From Spirogloea muscicola (lineage: Eukaryota): DNA of 64,000 nucleotides. The notes beneath the pieces are model-generated. The model was not told where the DNA came from. It did no database searches and saw nothing but the letters and a program-made list of their open reading frames with translations. A program made the translations under genes and the position numbers. The stretch lies in the NCBI GenBank assembly GCA_009602725.1, contig WELB01000020.1, forward strand, positions 296,705 to 360,704. The letters run 5' to 3'. Within the stretch, counting starts at the first letter, position 1. Each line of letters begins with the position of its first letter. Below are positions 1 to 12,185 of the stretch, piece after piece.

Positions 1-2550
1 CTTCACCTCCTCCGCCACCTCCGCCCCCCTTGGCTTCCCCAACACCCCCCCCGCCTCCTCCAAGCACCCCCCCAACTTCTCCTCCACCACCCACAATGCC
101 CCCTCCCTCTTCACCCCCCAAGTCGCCTCCTCCATCATCTTCCTCACCCCCCCCACCACCTTCATCTCCTCCACCAAATTCCCTTCCACCGCCGCCGCCT
201 CCTACAATCGCACCGCCTGCAAATCCCCCTCCTCCAGCACCTTCTCCACCACCATCGGGTACTGAGTTACAGAACTTGACCACCTATACATGCATGGTTC
301 ATGTGGCAAGCGTGCTGCACTCAAGTGCTTCACAATATCTGCGTGCTTTTCCATCGGCTGGACCTGATATAAGCTTACTCCTATATGCTGCTCCTCAGGG
401 ACACGCTGCACAGCGGCCCAAGTGACAGTACCAGTGTACACGGCGGCGGACTTCATGAGCAGGGGCAGCTATCCTGCCACTCAGACGGTTGTTCTGTCGC
501 TTCAGCAGAACATCACCTTTGCCAGCATGGTGCTGCTCAACGCCAGCTACTCGTGCACAATTGTACAGTCTGCTGCCGGCTCTCGGTACAGGATCTCTGG
601 TGTCCGTGACGACCAGCCCATCGTATACATCAAGGGCGTGCACGACTTCCTCTTCATGGGTGTTGATCTTCATGCAACTGTTACCAACAACTCCAAGTCA
701 GATTGCCCATTCAAGGTCAACTCCAACATGCAGATCACCTACTGCCCGGCCATGGCAGTCAACCTGTGCGACAATGTCCAGATTGTCCAGAGCGTCATGA
801 ATGCAGCACTGCACGTTTTCCAGATCACCAACTCACTCGTCGACTCCAACGACATCCGCTCACTGGACTGGGCCATCATCCTTGGCGGACCTGGAAACTT
901 CGTCAATCCAAACTACAAACTCCAGAACAACACAGTCAGCAACAATTACCTCCATGGCTACGTTGTGGGGATCAACTTGGCTTACGGAGCAGTGGGGAAC
1001 ACCGTGATGAATAACTACATTGATGACTTCATCTTTGCTGGTATATCTCTCGGCAGGGGAGCGCACAACACTGGTGATGGTGAGAGAAGCTGCCCTCACT
1101 CCTTTTTGTCCTCCTAAAATTTGACTACCACCTTACCTGCCACTATGGCTGGGTGTCTATCCTGATCCTCTTCCTTTACTCGAGATTGGTCCATCTCCTT
1201 CGTAGCTGACGCAGTCTCTTGTACTGTGGCTTTCTGCACAGCCATGTCCAACGTCATCAACACCAATCTGATTGTCAGCCGTCCAGGCTTTGCCGGTGTC
1301 ATCCCGGATGCCACTGGCATATATTTCGCAACTCATTGGATCAATCCTAGTACGTCCTCCTCACAACACGTTATGCTGAATTTCGCTGATCATCGATCCT
1401 TTCGATGTCGCATCGATCCTCCTTACTTGCTGTTGGCTGTTCTTCACTGGCACAGGACATTTAGCTGACTTGGCTCTTGCTATCTGCAGACAATACCCTC
1501 TCGTGCAACTATGTCCTGGGTGGGAGCCAACTTCCCCACTGCCTGTATATCGACTTCGCAAGCTCTGGCATCAAGGTTGACGGCATGGTTTGCAATGGGA
1601 CTGGCAATGGCCTCAAGATGAACACAGGGCACTCCAACATCATCACATCCCATGTCATTGTTGCCCCCTATCAACAGCCGGGCTACATGTCACCCCAGCT
1701 CAACTGGAATTGTGGTGCGGATCCTGGCATCTCCTGGGACCAGACCCGCAAACAATATTGGGACAACGCGGCCTTCCGAGCTGTAAGTGCTGACTGATCC
1801 TGACAAAGACAAGTACCCACGGTGTGTCGCCCTGTTAGCTTGTGTGCGACTTGTTTGGCTTGCTGCTTTACAATACATAGAACGTGCACGATAACAATCA
1901 TCCAGCATCCTCATGACACTAAACTTAATGTTCTTTCCACCAGCTCTACCCCTGGCTCACTGACTTCTGCACAATCACAACCATCAACGGAACCAACTGC
2001 AACGATCCAATGGGTCACAACAACACGTTCAATGCAACAACAACAGGCAACTGCTCGGGCATGCCCACAAAGAATATCTGGCAGGTCAGTTTGCTGTGCC
2101 GTTTAAACAAAGCTTAAGCAGTCCAAGAAGAGCAAGATAACCCCCATGTGGCCTAGCCCTACATCCATATAAGCTAATCATGTCAAATGTCAATCGTTTG
2201 TGCATTTCACTTCGCTCAATCTGAGATGTGTGCTTTTAATCCTCCAGTCTGCAGTTGTGGCCTCTGTGTCCAAACACGTGCCTGAACTCTACGGAGTAGC
2301 GCAGCTGCCAGCGCTGCCACTGTTGAACACTGTCACCTACCAGTACTACGCGGGCAAGAACACCTCTGATGCTGTGACCCAGTATAATTTGCAATTCAAC
2401 GACTACCAAAACAGTGACTTTGGCCTCCAACCATCTTCCCCCATATACCAGGCTTACCCTACATGGCGCTCCTGTCCAAAAGCAGACACAGGCCCTAAGC
2501 AACTTCCTGCCTCTTACTACCTCGACCGCTTTGCCAGGGAAAGCCAATAA
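1..2550 (+). CDS. Extensin-like Pro-rich / right-handed beta-helix (pectin-lyase-fold) protein, copy 1 (5' end outside window)
   Basis: SP3-5 runs, then phase-consistent GT-AG exons <1-258, 399-1079, 1242-1349, 1490-1782, 1944-2084, 2248-2550. Asn-ladder repeats (NNTVSNNYLHG, GNTVMNNYIDD, DNTLSCNY) are typical of parallel beta-helices. Same exon structure as 7221-11317. Confidence 0.85.
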
Positions 2551-3272
2551 CCCCCTCCTGCAGCGTAGCTAGCTAGGATAGTGCATACGCCCCTAGCTTG
2601 GTGTCCACGTCTTAGGCAGATAAGCTTGCTATGCTGTCAAAGACTTCCCCGGCAACACGGGGCTTAGTTTCCACGATACAGATAGTCTGCTACAAGCAAC
2701 ACGGAGAAGGCCTAGGCCAGTATCCAAGCTAGCTCAAGAGATGATGAAAAAGTCCCAAGTCCAAAAACTTGAGACTGCTAGCTTGGTTCTTGGCCTTGGA
2801 CCTTTGAAAGCAAGCTCCACTTGCGTCAAACGCTAAGAGATTGCAACAACCAAAAACTTATAAAATTTTGTCATGCAAGTGCACACTCTACTGATCCCTC
2901 AGTTACTATATCATCATTCACTCTCGTTTTCACCATCAGTAAGTACAATCCAACTTGTCATATTGCATAGCACCATCTAAGAGTTTAAGGCCATGTCATT
3001 GTGATCACATGGTAGATATCTTATTTACCTATGGAAACTTCTGTTGACTGTCTTCACAGCTTGTGTTTTCGATGACATTGGCGTGCTTCAGTTCGGAATT
3101 TCATTCTTCTTCATTAACGGCCAACTCACAAAGTATGTACTCATCAGACAAAAGAGTCATGCACATGAGAGGAAGTATGCAAAAAAACGTCGACATTAGT
3201 GATTGTCCACCACAAAGATATGTCAGATGCAGAGTCTAAAATACTGGAACATAATAAGCAACACTGTCAACA

Positions 3273-3321
3273 TGTAACGTTCCAGGTTTGTGAGCGCCAA
3301 ACAGTGTTGTTACCGCTTACA
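3273..3321 (+). repeat. 49-bp TGTAA...TTACA LTR-like unit followed by PBS-like TGGTATTCG
   Basis: Begins where homology between the 3' flanks of the two extensin genes ends. A similar inverted copy lies at 5610-5659. Confidence 0.5.
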
Positions 3322-3406
3322 TGGTATTCGAATAGTCGTGGGCAAGTCCCGCGAATCTTGCCCAGGTCTTTTGGCCGATTGCCCCGTGCCGAACGCTACG
3401 TGCCGC

Positions 3407-4864
3407 CCTGGCACTCTTGCTGTCCTCGTTCCGTCGTCCGGGTGGCCTTGCATGCATTCGGCATGCTCGGCCCACACGGCCGAGCATGCCTCGGCGGCAT
3501 GCGTGGGCCCGGACGCCCTCGGCGGCATGTTCGGCCGCGGCCATGCTCGGCCATGCTCGGCCTCGGCCATGCTTGGCCGCATGCTCTGCCGCGGCCATGC
3601 TCGGCGCCATGCTGGAGACAGCTCGTGATTCCCTCGTCAGGCACGCTCCTCGCGGGAAGCGTTGGGGCGACCCCCTTGCACCCTGGAGGGAGGGTGGCAA
3701 GGAGAAGCACAGGACGTTCAGAGTAGAGAGAAACTCAACCGGAGGTCGGGGACTCAGTGAAGCTACGAGAGAGGCGCAGCTTTGCTGCTGCCTGCTGCTG
3801 TAGACCGCTGCCGCGCGGCTCGTTGCCGGCTCGCTTTGGAAACTTTGGCGGCGTCTCGCTAGAGCTAGAGGCAAGTCTGCAGCGAGTGTCCAGGAGGTGG
3901 AGCTGCTGCTTAGCGACAGCGCCATACGGCAAGTCTTCCGCTCTGCCAGAGTGCATCCTCGTGGCGGGGTGGTTGTTCCTAGATCCCCTAAGCACTCAAT
4001 TCTGAAAAGGACGCATTCGGCTCCAATTTGCCTGTTAGGGACCGAACGCTACACTTAGCTTGGTATTGCGGTCCTTCTTCAAGCCATTCACCGGACACAT
4101 TGGCCGAACCGACAACAGATGGTGGGCCTCATCCAATCTGGGAAGACATCCAGGCCACATCCACCTCATCCAAAGGGGGCGAAGGCTGTGAAAGCCAGCC
4201 CGAAAGGACTGGACAAGGTCCGAATGGACCGAAAGAACACACAACTCAGCAAGTACCACGAACGATGGTCACTCAGTAACCTCCATACATGCATTTAGAA
4301 AGCTGTAAGAGAAAGAGTCTTTCAGTAGAGGGCGATGGCTAAGCGAAAGACTTGTCCTGTAGCGCTGCCGCTAGTCAGCAGTTCCACCTCCTGGGCACTC
4401 GCTGCAGACTTGCCTCCAGCGGGACGCCGCCTAGGTCTCCACAGCAGAGCCGGCAACGAGTTGCGCGCGGCAGCGGTCTACAGCAGCAGGCAGCAGCAGG
4501 GCTGCGCCTCTCTCGAGATTCACTGAATACTCGACCTCCGGTCGGGTCTCTCTCTGCTCTACACGTCTTGTGCTTCGCCGTGCCTCTAGGGTGCATGGGG
4601 GCCGCCCCAAGGCTCGCCCGCGAGGAGCGTGCCTGACGAGGGAACCACGAGCCAGCAGCCGCCATGGTGCCGAGCATGGCCGCCGCAGAGCATGCCGCCA
4701 AGCATGGCCGAGGTCGGGCCTAGCCAAGCATGGCCGCGGCCGAATATGCCGGCGGGGGGGGTCCGGGCCCACGCATGCCGCCGAGCACGTGAGGCCGAGC
4801 ATGCCGGGAGCATGTGAAGCCACCCGGACGAGCCTGGACGAAACGACAAAGGCACGAGTGCCAG
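3407..4864. repeat. Long imperfect inverted repeat (arms ~3407-3945 and ~4341-4864, spacer ~400 bp) with GCCATGCTCG micro-repeats
   Basis: The reverse complement of the right arm aligns with the left arm, e.g. cctggcactc...tccgggtggc and gctgctgcctgctgctgtagaccgctgccgcgcg. Confidence 0.85.
4150..4284 (-). mobile_element. 3' end of RLE non-LTR retroelement (in the inverted-repeat spacer)
   Basis: GGT TAC TGA end and gggctggctttcacagcc hairpin, as in the other copies. Confidence 0.6.
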
Positions 4865-5529
4865 GTGTTGGGCTTTTCGTTAGTACCCAATTAGGGCTGA
4901 TCGAAAGCCCAGGACCTCGGAGCATTACCGTCGTCACTCATTTGGGGCTCGAGCGATGGAGAAGCGGCGCTCTTGGGGGAGTGCCGCGCTACTTCCTCGC
5001 CTTCTTGCCCATGGCGGTGACGGCGGCAGGGTCCGGCAGGAAGCAGGCCGGCAGCTGACTCAAGGCAGGTGGCGTGGGCGCTGGCAAGCAAGGAGCAGTG
5101 GGCACAAGGACGGTCGCTCCTGTTAGAGTGAGGGAGTTTGTGCTCACTCGACCCCCTTTTGTATAGATTGAAAGAATGCAAACTCCACGGGCACAGTGGG
5201 TTCCGGCGGGTCAGCCCGCCGGGGGCCCGAGGGGGCCGGCTGCAGAGCCGGCCCGACGTGTCCGCTAAGCTAGCGAGTCCCCGGGCGTGAGGCACGTACT
5301 CACACGTGTGATCTGCCTACGTGTCACCCTGACGGTCCCGGGCAAGCCGCCCCTGGAAGCGACAGGCGATTCCTTAAGTCGGACACTTTAAGTGATATGA
5401 AGCATAACGAAGGGAGCTAATGCTACATTCTAACAGGCGGCACGTAACGTCCGGCACGGGGCTAACGGCCAAAACCCCTGGGTAAGATCCGGTGAACTTG
5501 CCCCCACAACTATTTGAACACCCTGTATA

Positions 5530-5883
5530 GAAAGCGCGGCTAGATTGACTGGTGGCTGTGAGAGGCCAGCACAAAAGGAATGGACAAAGGCTGAAGGAGC
5601 CGGATGGCCTGTAAGCGTTATCAAAATTGTTTGGCGCTCAAAAATCTGGGATCGTTACACTGTAATTGGCCAGCCCAGAAATAAGGAAGAACAAAGGCTG
5701 TGAGAGGCCAGCCCGGAGCAAGGTCCTGAGCAACGACTCCGTGGGTACTGGCGTCACTGTTACGTTGGCCACCATAGCATGCGGCTCGTTTCATGTAGCC
5801 CCACTCTTTGCACTAGCATCCTGAACCATTACTTGGCCTGAATTGGCAACCCTTTCAATTCATGCGCACAGCGCGCCTTCCCC
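5530..5883. mobile_element. Cluster of short retroelement 3'-end fragments
   Basis: Hairpin motif at ~5554 and ~5697 (-); second 3'-UTR type (gaattggcaaccct...atgcgcacagcgcgccttc) at ~5792-5883 (+). Confidence 0.65.
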
Positions 5884-6570
5884 AACTCTTGCTCCAGAGC
5901 CTCGAGCCGGACCCCGCGCTCAACGGCGGCCACCCCCCCCCCCTCGCCACCGCCCGTCGCCGCCATGCCGGCGGCCGCCCGAGCTCTACTGTTCCGGCGA
6001 GGAGCCGGCTTCGGCGGCCGCCCTTGCCCGGCCCCGATAACTCAAACGGAGAATCCGGACCCGATGTGAAAATGATGGTGTAGGGTCTTCGGGAATGGGG
6101 GTTCAGGGATTACGCAGGTTGAGGCTCCGTAGAATGGGGCGCGGGCCCCGTTTTCTGGTGATGGGCGCCACCGATAGCTAGCCCGGTTTCCGTCTAGGCG
6201 GGCCGTCACCGAGGCCCACCGCGTGGCAGTGGACAAACCGCCTACGTCCCCTCCCTCTCAGCACGCCCGCCGGCACTTGTGGCCCCCCGATTGGTTCCGA
6301 ACCCCCGCCCACGTGCACGCGACGTTCTCACGGCAGCCAAAAGTCAGAGCGATCGACGCGACGTATTAGCGATCGGACGGCTCACAAGGTCCACAGCCGC
6401 CCGCGGAGAGGATGCTTCGGCGGGCTGCACGCGTGTGGCGTGCGTGGGGCGGCTCCTCGCAGGTGCCGGTGCAACAGCGGGGTGGACGGTGAGGAGCCGC
6501 CAGGACAAAAGTCTCCGCGAGAGGTGCGCTTTGAGGAGCTGGACTCGCGGTCAGGGGGCAATGAGAGCCT

Positions 6571-7065
6571 AGCTTCTCTGACCTGAGGCTGCTTAGCAGG
6601 GGTTACTGAGTGCTTCGTAGCTGCTTTGTTTCTTGTTGTGCTTGTTTTTCTTAGCGCTTCCCCTGGGCCCCTTCTCGCAATTTGTTCCTTCTTTTTTGGG
6701 CTGGCTTTTCCAGCCCCTATCCTCAATGGGCTTCAATGAGTATGGGCCCGACGACCGCTCCCAGCCTCTGTGTGCCGGCAGAGAGAAGAGCGCGGCCGGC
6801 TTGACTGGTGGCTGGGAGAGGCCAGCCCAACGGAATGGACAAGAGGCCTCTCTGCTGCCTCTGGCTTTGGCCAGGGGACCTGCTTCCAGGAACCCAGTCT
6901 CTCTGACTTGAGGCTGCTAAGCAGGGGTTACTGAGTGCTTCGTAGCTGCTTTCTTGTGCTTGTTTTTCTTAGTGCTTCCCCTGGCCCCCTCTCGTCCTTT
7001 GTTGATTCTTTTTCTTTGGGCTGGCTTTTTCCAGCCCCCATCCTCAATGGGCGAGCCCTTCTTCT
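6571..7065 (+). mobile_element. Two tandem 5'-truncated RLE retroelement ends (plus one opposite-strand hairpin fragment ~6780-6845)
   Basis: SFSDLRLLSRGY* (stop 6607-6609) and SAASGFGQGTCFQEPSLSDLRLLSRGY* (stop 6932-6934), each followed by a near-identical 3' UTR containing gggctggctttt(t)ccagccc. Confidence 0.8.
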
Positions 7066-7220
7066 CGGAGTTCTCCCCCCCACCTCCTCGAAGTCTCGCC
7101 TTCCTGCCCCCACTCCATAGCTCCAGCTGCAGGCAGCTCCGTCCACAGCTCCCACTCCCCCGCCCACCAATTCGTTCCACCGCTCCTCCCCGGCAGCAGC
7201 GAGGCCGGCCGGCAATCGCC

Positions 7221-10200
7221 ATGGCCAAGCGCAGCTCCGGACCCCGAGGCTCGGGCTCCGCGCCGCCCGGAGCGGCTGCCGTCGCCCCCCGCTCGCTTGC
7301 CGGCCTTCTCGTGCTGCAGGCCCTCGCCGTCGCGACACTGGTGCCCGGTGAGTGCCCCTTCGGCCTGGTGGTCGAGCAAGGTGGTCAAGCAGGGTCGTGA
7401 GCGCCTCCGTAGAGCTTGCTCCGAGACACCCCTTACCTTCGCACGATCAGCGTGAGATGAGGGCGACTGCTCAGCTTAAGGCGAATCAGGAGGTGACCGA
7501 GCCAAGACTGTGCTGTACGACACACCAAAACTGTGCTGATCGCCGACGAGGGTGTTCGACAGCAGCTCCTGCAAAAGAGATGCTGTTGCATGGTCACGTC
7601 TCGCGCGAGTGTGTAGAGCTGCTTGACCGGCCTGTTGCTGTGACAGACCGAGTGGCAAATGATGAGCACAGCTACCATAGCCTACTCTGCCTCAAAACGA
7701 CAGCATCTCTGCTCTGCGCAAAGTGACGCTTTGCCACCATGCTTGTTGCTGGCAGCCACTGTGGCGGCGCGGCCGCCGATGGCCCCGCCCCATATTGTGC
7801 CACTACATCGCAACGTGTCTCCACCTCCGCTGCTGTCGCCACTGCCTCCGCAGACTCCACCGCCAGACATGCAACCTCCACCTCTCCCTCCACCACCACC
7901 TCCACCACCATCTCCACCGCCATCTCTAGTATCCCCACCTCCACCTCTGAGCTCGCCACCTTCACCTGCGCTGCCGCCTCCGCCTCCGCCGCCCTCGGCA
8001 TCACCTCCCCCTCCGCCTCTGGCTTCACATCCGCCTCCTGCCTTACTGCCACAGCCCAGCTCTCCATTCCCGTTGTCGCCACCACCATCTCCACCTGTGG
8101 GGTCACCCTCGCCCCCACCACTCTCGCCCTCTTCTTCTCCTCCGCCTCCGACCCCCTCCCCGTCTCCTGCCTCACCCCCTCCACCTTCTCCACCCACTCC
8201 CGCTCCTCCCCCTCCCTCACCTTCTCCTACCCCTCCCTCTCCTCCCCCTCCCTCACCTCCGCCTCCGAGCCCCCCTCCGCCTCCTGCCACACCTCCTCCA
8301 CCAAGTCCCCCCCAACCCTCTCCTCCCCCTCCCTTACCTTCCCTTACAGTGAACTCCACACCGCCTCCTGCCTCACGTCCTCCAACCAGGTCTATACTTT
8401 CTCTTCTACCTTTCCCTCTCCCACTTCCCCTGCCGCCTCTTTTTGCCAGACCTCCTCCACCAAGGTCCCGCCCACCCTCTCCTCCCCCTCCCTCACCTCC
8501 GCCTCCGAGCCCCCCTCCGCCTCCTGCCTCACCTCCTCCNNNNNNNNNNNNNNNNNNNNNNNNNNNNNNNNNNNNNNNNNNNNNNNNNNNNNNNNNNNNN
8601 NNNNNNNNNNNNNNNNNNNNNNNNNNNNNNNNNNNNNNNNNNNNNNNNNNNNNNNNNNNNNNNNNNNNNNNNNNNNNNNNNNNNNNNNNNNNNNNNNNNN
8701 NNNNNNNNNNNNNNNNNNNNNNNNNNNNNNNNNNNNNNNNNNNNNNNNNNNNNNNNNNNNNNNNNNNNNNNCCTCCCTCCCCCTTGGTTTCCCCACCACC
8801 CCCCTCGCTTCCTCCAAACACTCCCCCCACTTCTCCTCCTCCACCTCTCCAAACGCCCCCTCCCTCTCCACCCCCCACGTCGCCCACTCCATCATTCTCC
8901 TCACCTTCCCCCCCACCACCTTCATCTCCTCCACCACATCCCCCTCCTCCCAAGTCCCCATCACCGCGGCCCCCTCCTTCAACACCTTCTCCACCACCAC
9001 CGGGTACTAAGTTACAGAACAGAGCAAATTAGCAACTATACTAGGCGCATTGGCAAGCCTTCTGCACTCAAGTGCATCACAGCATCTGCACGCTTTTCCA
9101 TCGGCTGCACCTCATATGCTTACTCCTATGTGCTGCTCCTCAGGGACAAACTGCACAGCGGCCCAATTGACAGTACCAGTCTACACGGCTGCGGACTTCA
9201 TGAGCAGGGGCAGCTATCCTGCCACTCAGACGGTCGTTCTGTCGCTTCAGCAGAACATCACCTTTGCCAGCATGGTGCTGCTCAATGCGAGCTACTCATG
9301 CACAATCGTGCAGTCTGCTGCCGGCTCTCGGTACAGTATCTCTGGTGTCCGTGACGACCAGCCCATCCTGTACATTAAGGGCGTGCACGACTTCCTCTTC
9401 ATGGGTGTTGATCTCAATGCAACTGTGACCAACAGCTCCACGTCAACTTGCCCGTTCAAGGTCAACACCAACATCCAGATTACCTACTGCCCGGCCATGG
9501 CAGTCAACCTGTGCGACCATGTCCAGATTGTCCAGAGCGTCATGAATGCAGCACTGCACGTCTTCCATAGTAACAACTCACTCTTCGACTCCAACGACAT
9601 CAGCTCACTGGACTGGGCCGTCATCCTTGGCGGACCTGGAGGCTACATCATGCCAAACTTTACCCTCCAGAACAACACTGTCAGTAACAATTACCTCCAT
9701 GGCTACGTTGTGGGGATCAACTTGGCTTACGGAGCAGTGGGGAACACCGTGATAAACAATTACATTGATGACTTCACCTTTGCCGGTATATCTGTGGGCA
9801 GGGGAGTGCACAACACTGGTGATGGTGAGAGAAGCAGCCCTCACCCACATTGTTCTCCTAGATATTGACTGCTGAGTAGCCTACCACTATGGCTGGACTT
9901 CTATCCTGATCCACTCCCTTGCCCCTAGATTGGTCCATCTCCTTCGTTGCTGACGTATATCTTGTACCGTGGCGGTCTGCACAGCCATGTCCAACGTCAT
10001 CAACCACAACCTGATTGTCAGCCGTCCAGGCTTTGACGGTGTCCTCCCGGATGCCGGTGGCATATATTTCGCAACTCATTGGATCAATCCTAGTGCGTTC
10101 TCCTCACCTCACGTTGTGCTTTCTTTCATTATTCATTGATCTTCTAAACATCGTATTCACCCTCCTTACCTGCTGGTGGCCGTCCCTTACTGGCACAGAA

Positions 10201-11317
10201 CACTTAGCTGAATTGGCTCTTGCTATCTGCAGACAATACCCTCTCGTGCAACTATGTCTTGGGTGGGGGACAAGTTCCCCACTGCCTGTACATCGACTTC
10301 GGAAGCTCTGGCATTGAGGTTGACGGCCTGGTTTGCGTTGACACTGCCAATGGCCTCAAGATGAACACTGGGCACTCCAACATCATCACATCCCATGTCA
10401 TTGTTGCCTTTCAACATCCGGGCTACATGGCAGACCAGGTCATCTTTAATTGTGGCGCTGATCCTGGCAGCTTCTGGGACCAGAGACGCCAACTATACTA
10501 CGACAGCGCTGCCTTCCGAGCTGTAAGTGCTGACAGATCCTGACAAATACAAGCACCCACGGTGTGTCGCCCTGTTGGCTAGTGTGACTTGTGTGGCTTG
10601 CTGGCTTACAATACGTATGACTTATCGTGCACAATAACAATCATCCAGCATCCTCAGTAGACTGAAAGACTGAACTTGGACTTTGTTCTTTCCACCAGCT
10701 CTACCCCTGGCTAACTGATTTCTGCTCCATCACAACCATCAACGGAACCAACTGCAACGATCCAATGGGTCAGAACAACACACTCAATGCAACAACGACG
10801 GGCAACTGCTCGGGCATGCCCACAAATAATATCTGGCAGGTCAGCTTGTTGTGCTATTAAGCAAACCGATGAGCAGTCCGCAGAAGAGCAGGCCTCCATA
10901 ACCCCCATGTGGCCTGGCCCTACATCCAGATAAAATAATGTTAGATGTCAATCTTTGACATCTATTGTGTATTTCAGTTGGCTCATTCTGAGACGTGTGC
11001 TGTTATGCCTCCAGTCTGCAGTAGTGGCTACTGTGAACCAGCACGTGCCTGAGCTGTTGGGAGTAGCGCAACTGCCAGCGCTGCCGCTCTTGAACAGTAT
11101 CACCTACCAGTACTACGCGGGCAAGAACGTCTCTGATGCTGTGACCAAGAACAATGTACAGTTCAACGACTACCAAAACAATGACTTTGGCCTCCGACCA
11201 TCCTCCCCCATATACCAGGCTTACCCTGCATGGCGCTCCTGTCCAATAGCAGACATAGGCCCTAAATCACCTCCTGCCTCTTACTACCTCGACCGCTTTG
11301 CCAGGGATAGCCAATAA
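7221..11317 (+). CDS. Secreted extensin-like Pro-rich / right-handed beta-helix protein, copy 2
   Basis: ATG 7221 in gccATGG context; hydrophobic signal segment LAGLLVLQALAVATLVP. Exons 7221-7347, 7756-9003 (N gap inside), 9144-9824, 9985-10092, 10233-10522, 10699-10839, 11015-11317. Confidence 0.85.
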
Positions 11318-12185
11318 CCCCCTCCTGCAGCGTAGCTAGCTAGTAAAGTGCATGCGTCCCTAGCTTGGTGCTCACGTCTTTAGGCAGATAGGCTTGCTAT
11401 GTTGTCAGACTTTCCCGGCTACAAAGGGGCTTGATATCTCCATACTACATACTACAGATACTACAGATACAGATTCATACTCGGACTACAGATAGTCTGC
11501 TACAAGCAATACGTGGAAGGCTTAGGCCAGTATAAGAGCTAGCTCAAGAGAGAAAGTCGCAAGTCCAACGGCTTGAGAATGCTAGCTTGGATCTTGGCCT
11601 TGGGCCTTTCCGCAAGCTGCACTTGCTTCAATTGCAAGAGAATCACAACCTTGTGACATACTATGAAATACTTTTAATTACTTCTACACTTTCTCGTCAT
11701 GTAAGTTGACCTTTTTATCACTACAATCATCATCCATATCATCAATAGATACTATCCAACTTGTCATGTTGCATATCCACCATCAGAAGGCTCAACACCG
11801 TTATGCCCTTGCGATCATATGGAAAACAGCTTATTTGCATATAAACGCTATCTCTGGAGTGTTGTCCCAACATAGTTATTTCGATCACATTAGCATGCTC
11901 CAGCTCGAAGATTTAATCTTATTTTCAACGGCCAACTCGCGAAGTATGTATCAGACAAAAACTCATGCACATGAGGTAGCGTATGGAAAACATCTGACAT
12001 GAATATTTGTCCACTACAAACAGATGTCAGATGGAGAGTCCAGGATATTGGAACTTAATAAGCAACACTGTAAACATCAATCGCACAATTGAATGCGAGA
12101 TTGTAGATTGTACAACGAGTGCGTTTCAAGAAATGAGCGGACTCCCTACAATTTACAGGTCAAATCATCATTGCGCAGGTGACAA

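Noticed and set aside
3199..5058. Arg/Ala/Pro-rich ORFs over the inverted repeat
   Set aside because: GC-rich repeat-derived frames with no recognisable domain or splice structure.
7672..9354. Long antisense and alternate-frame ORFs (Gly-, Glu-, Ser/Thr-rich)
   Set aside because: Shadows of the Pro-rich extensin exon.
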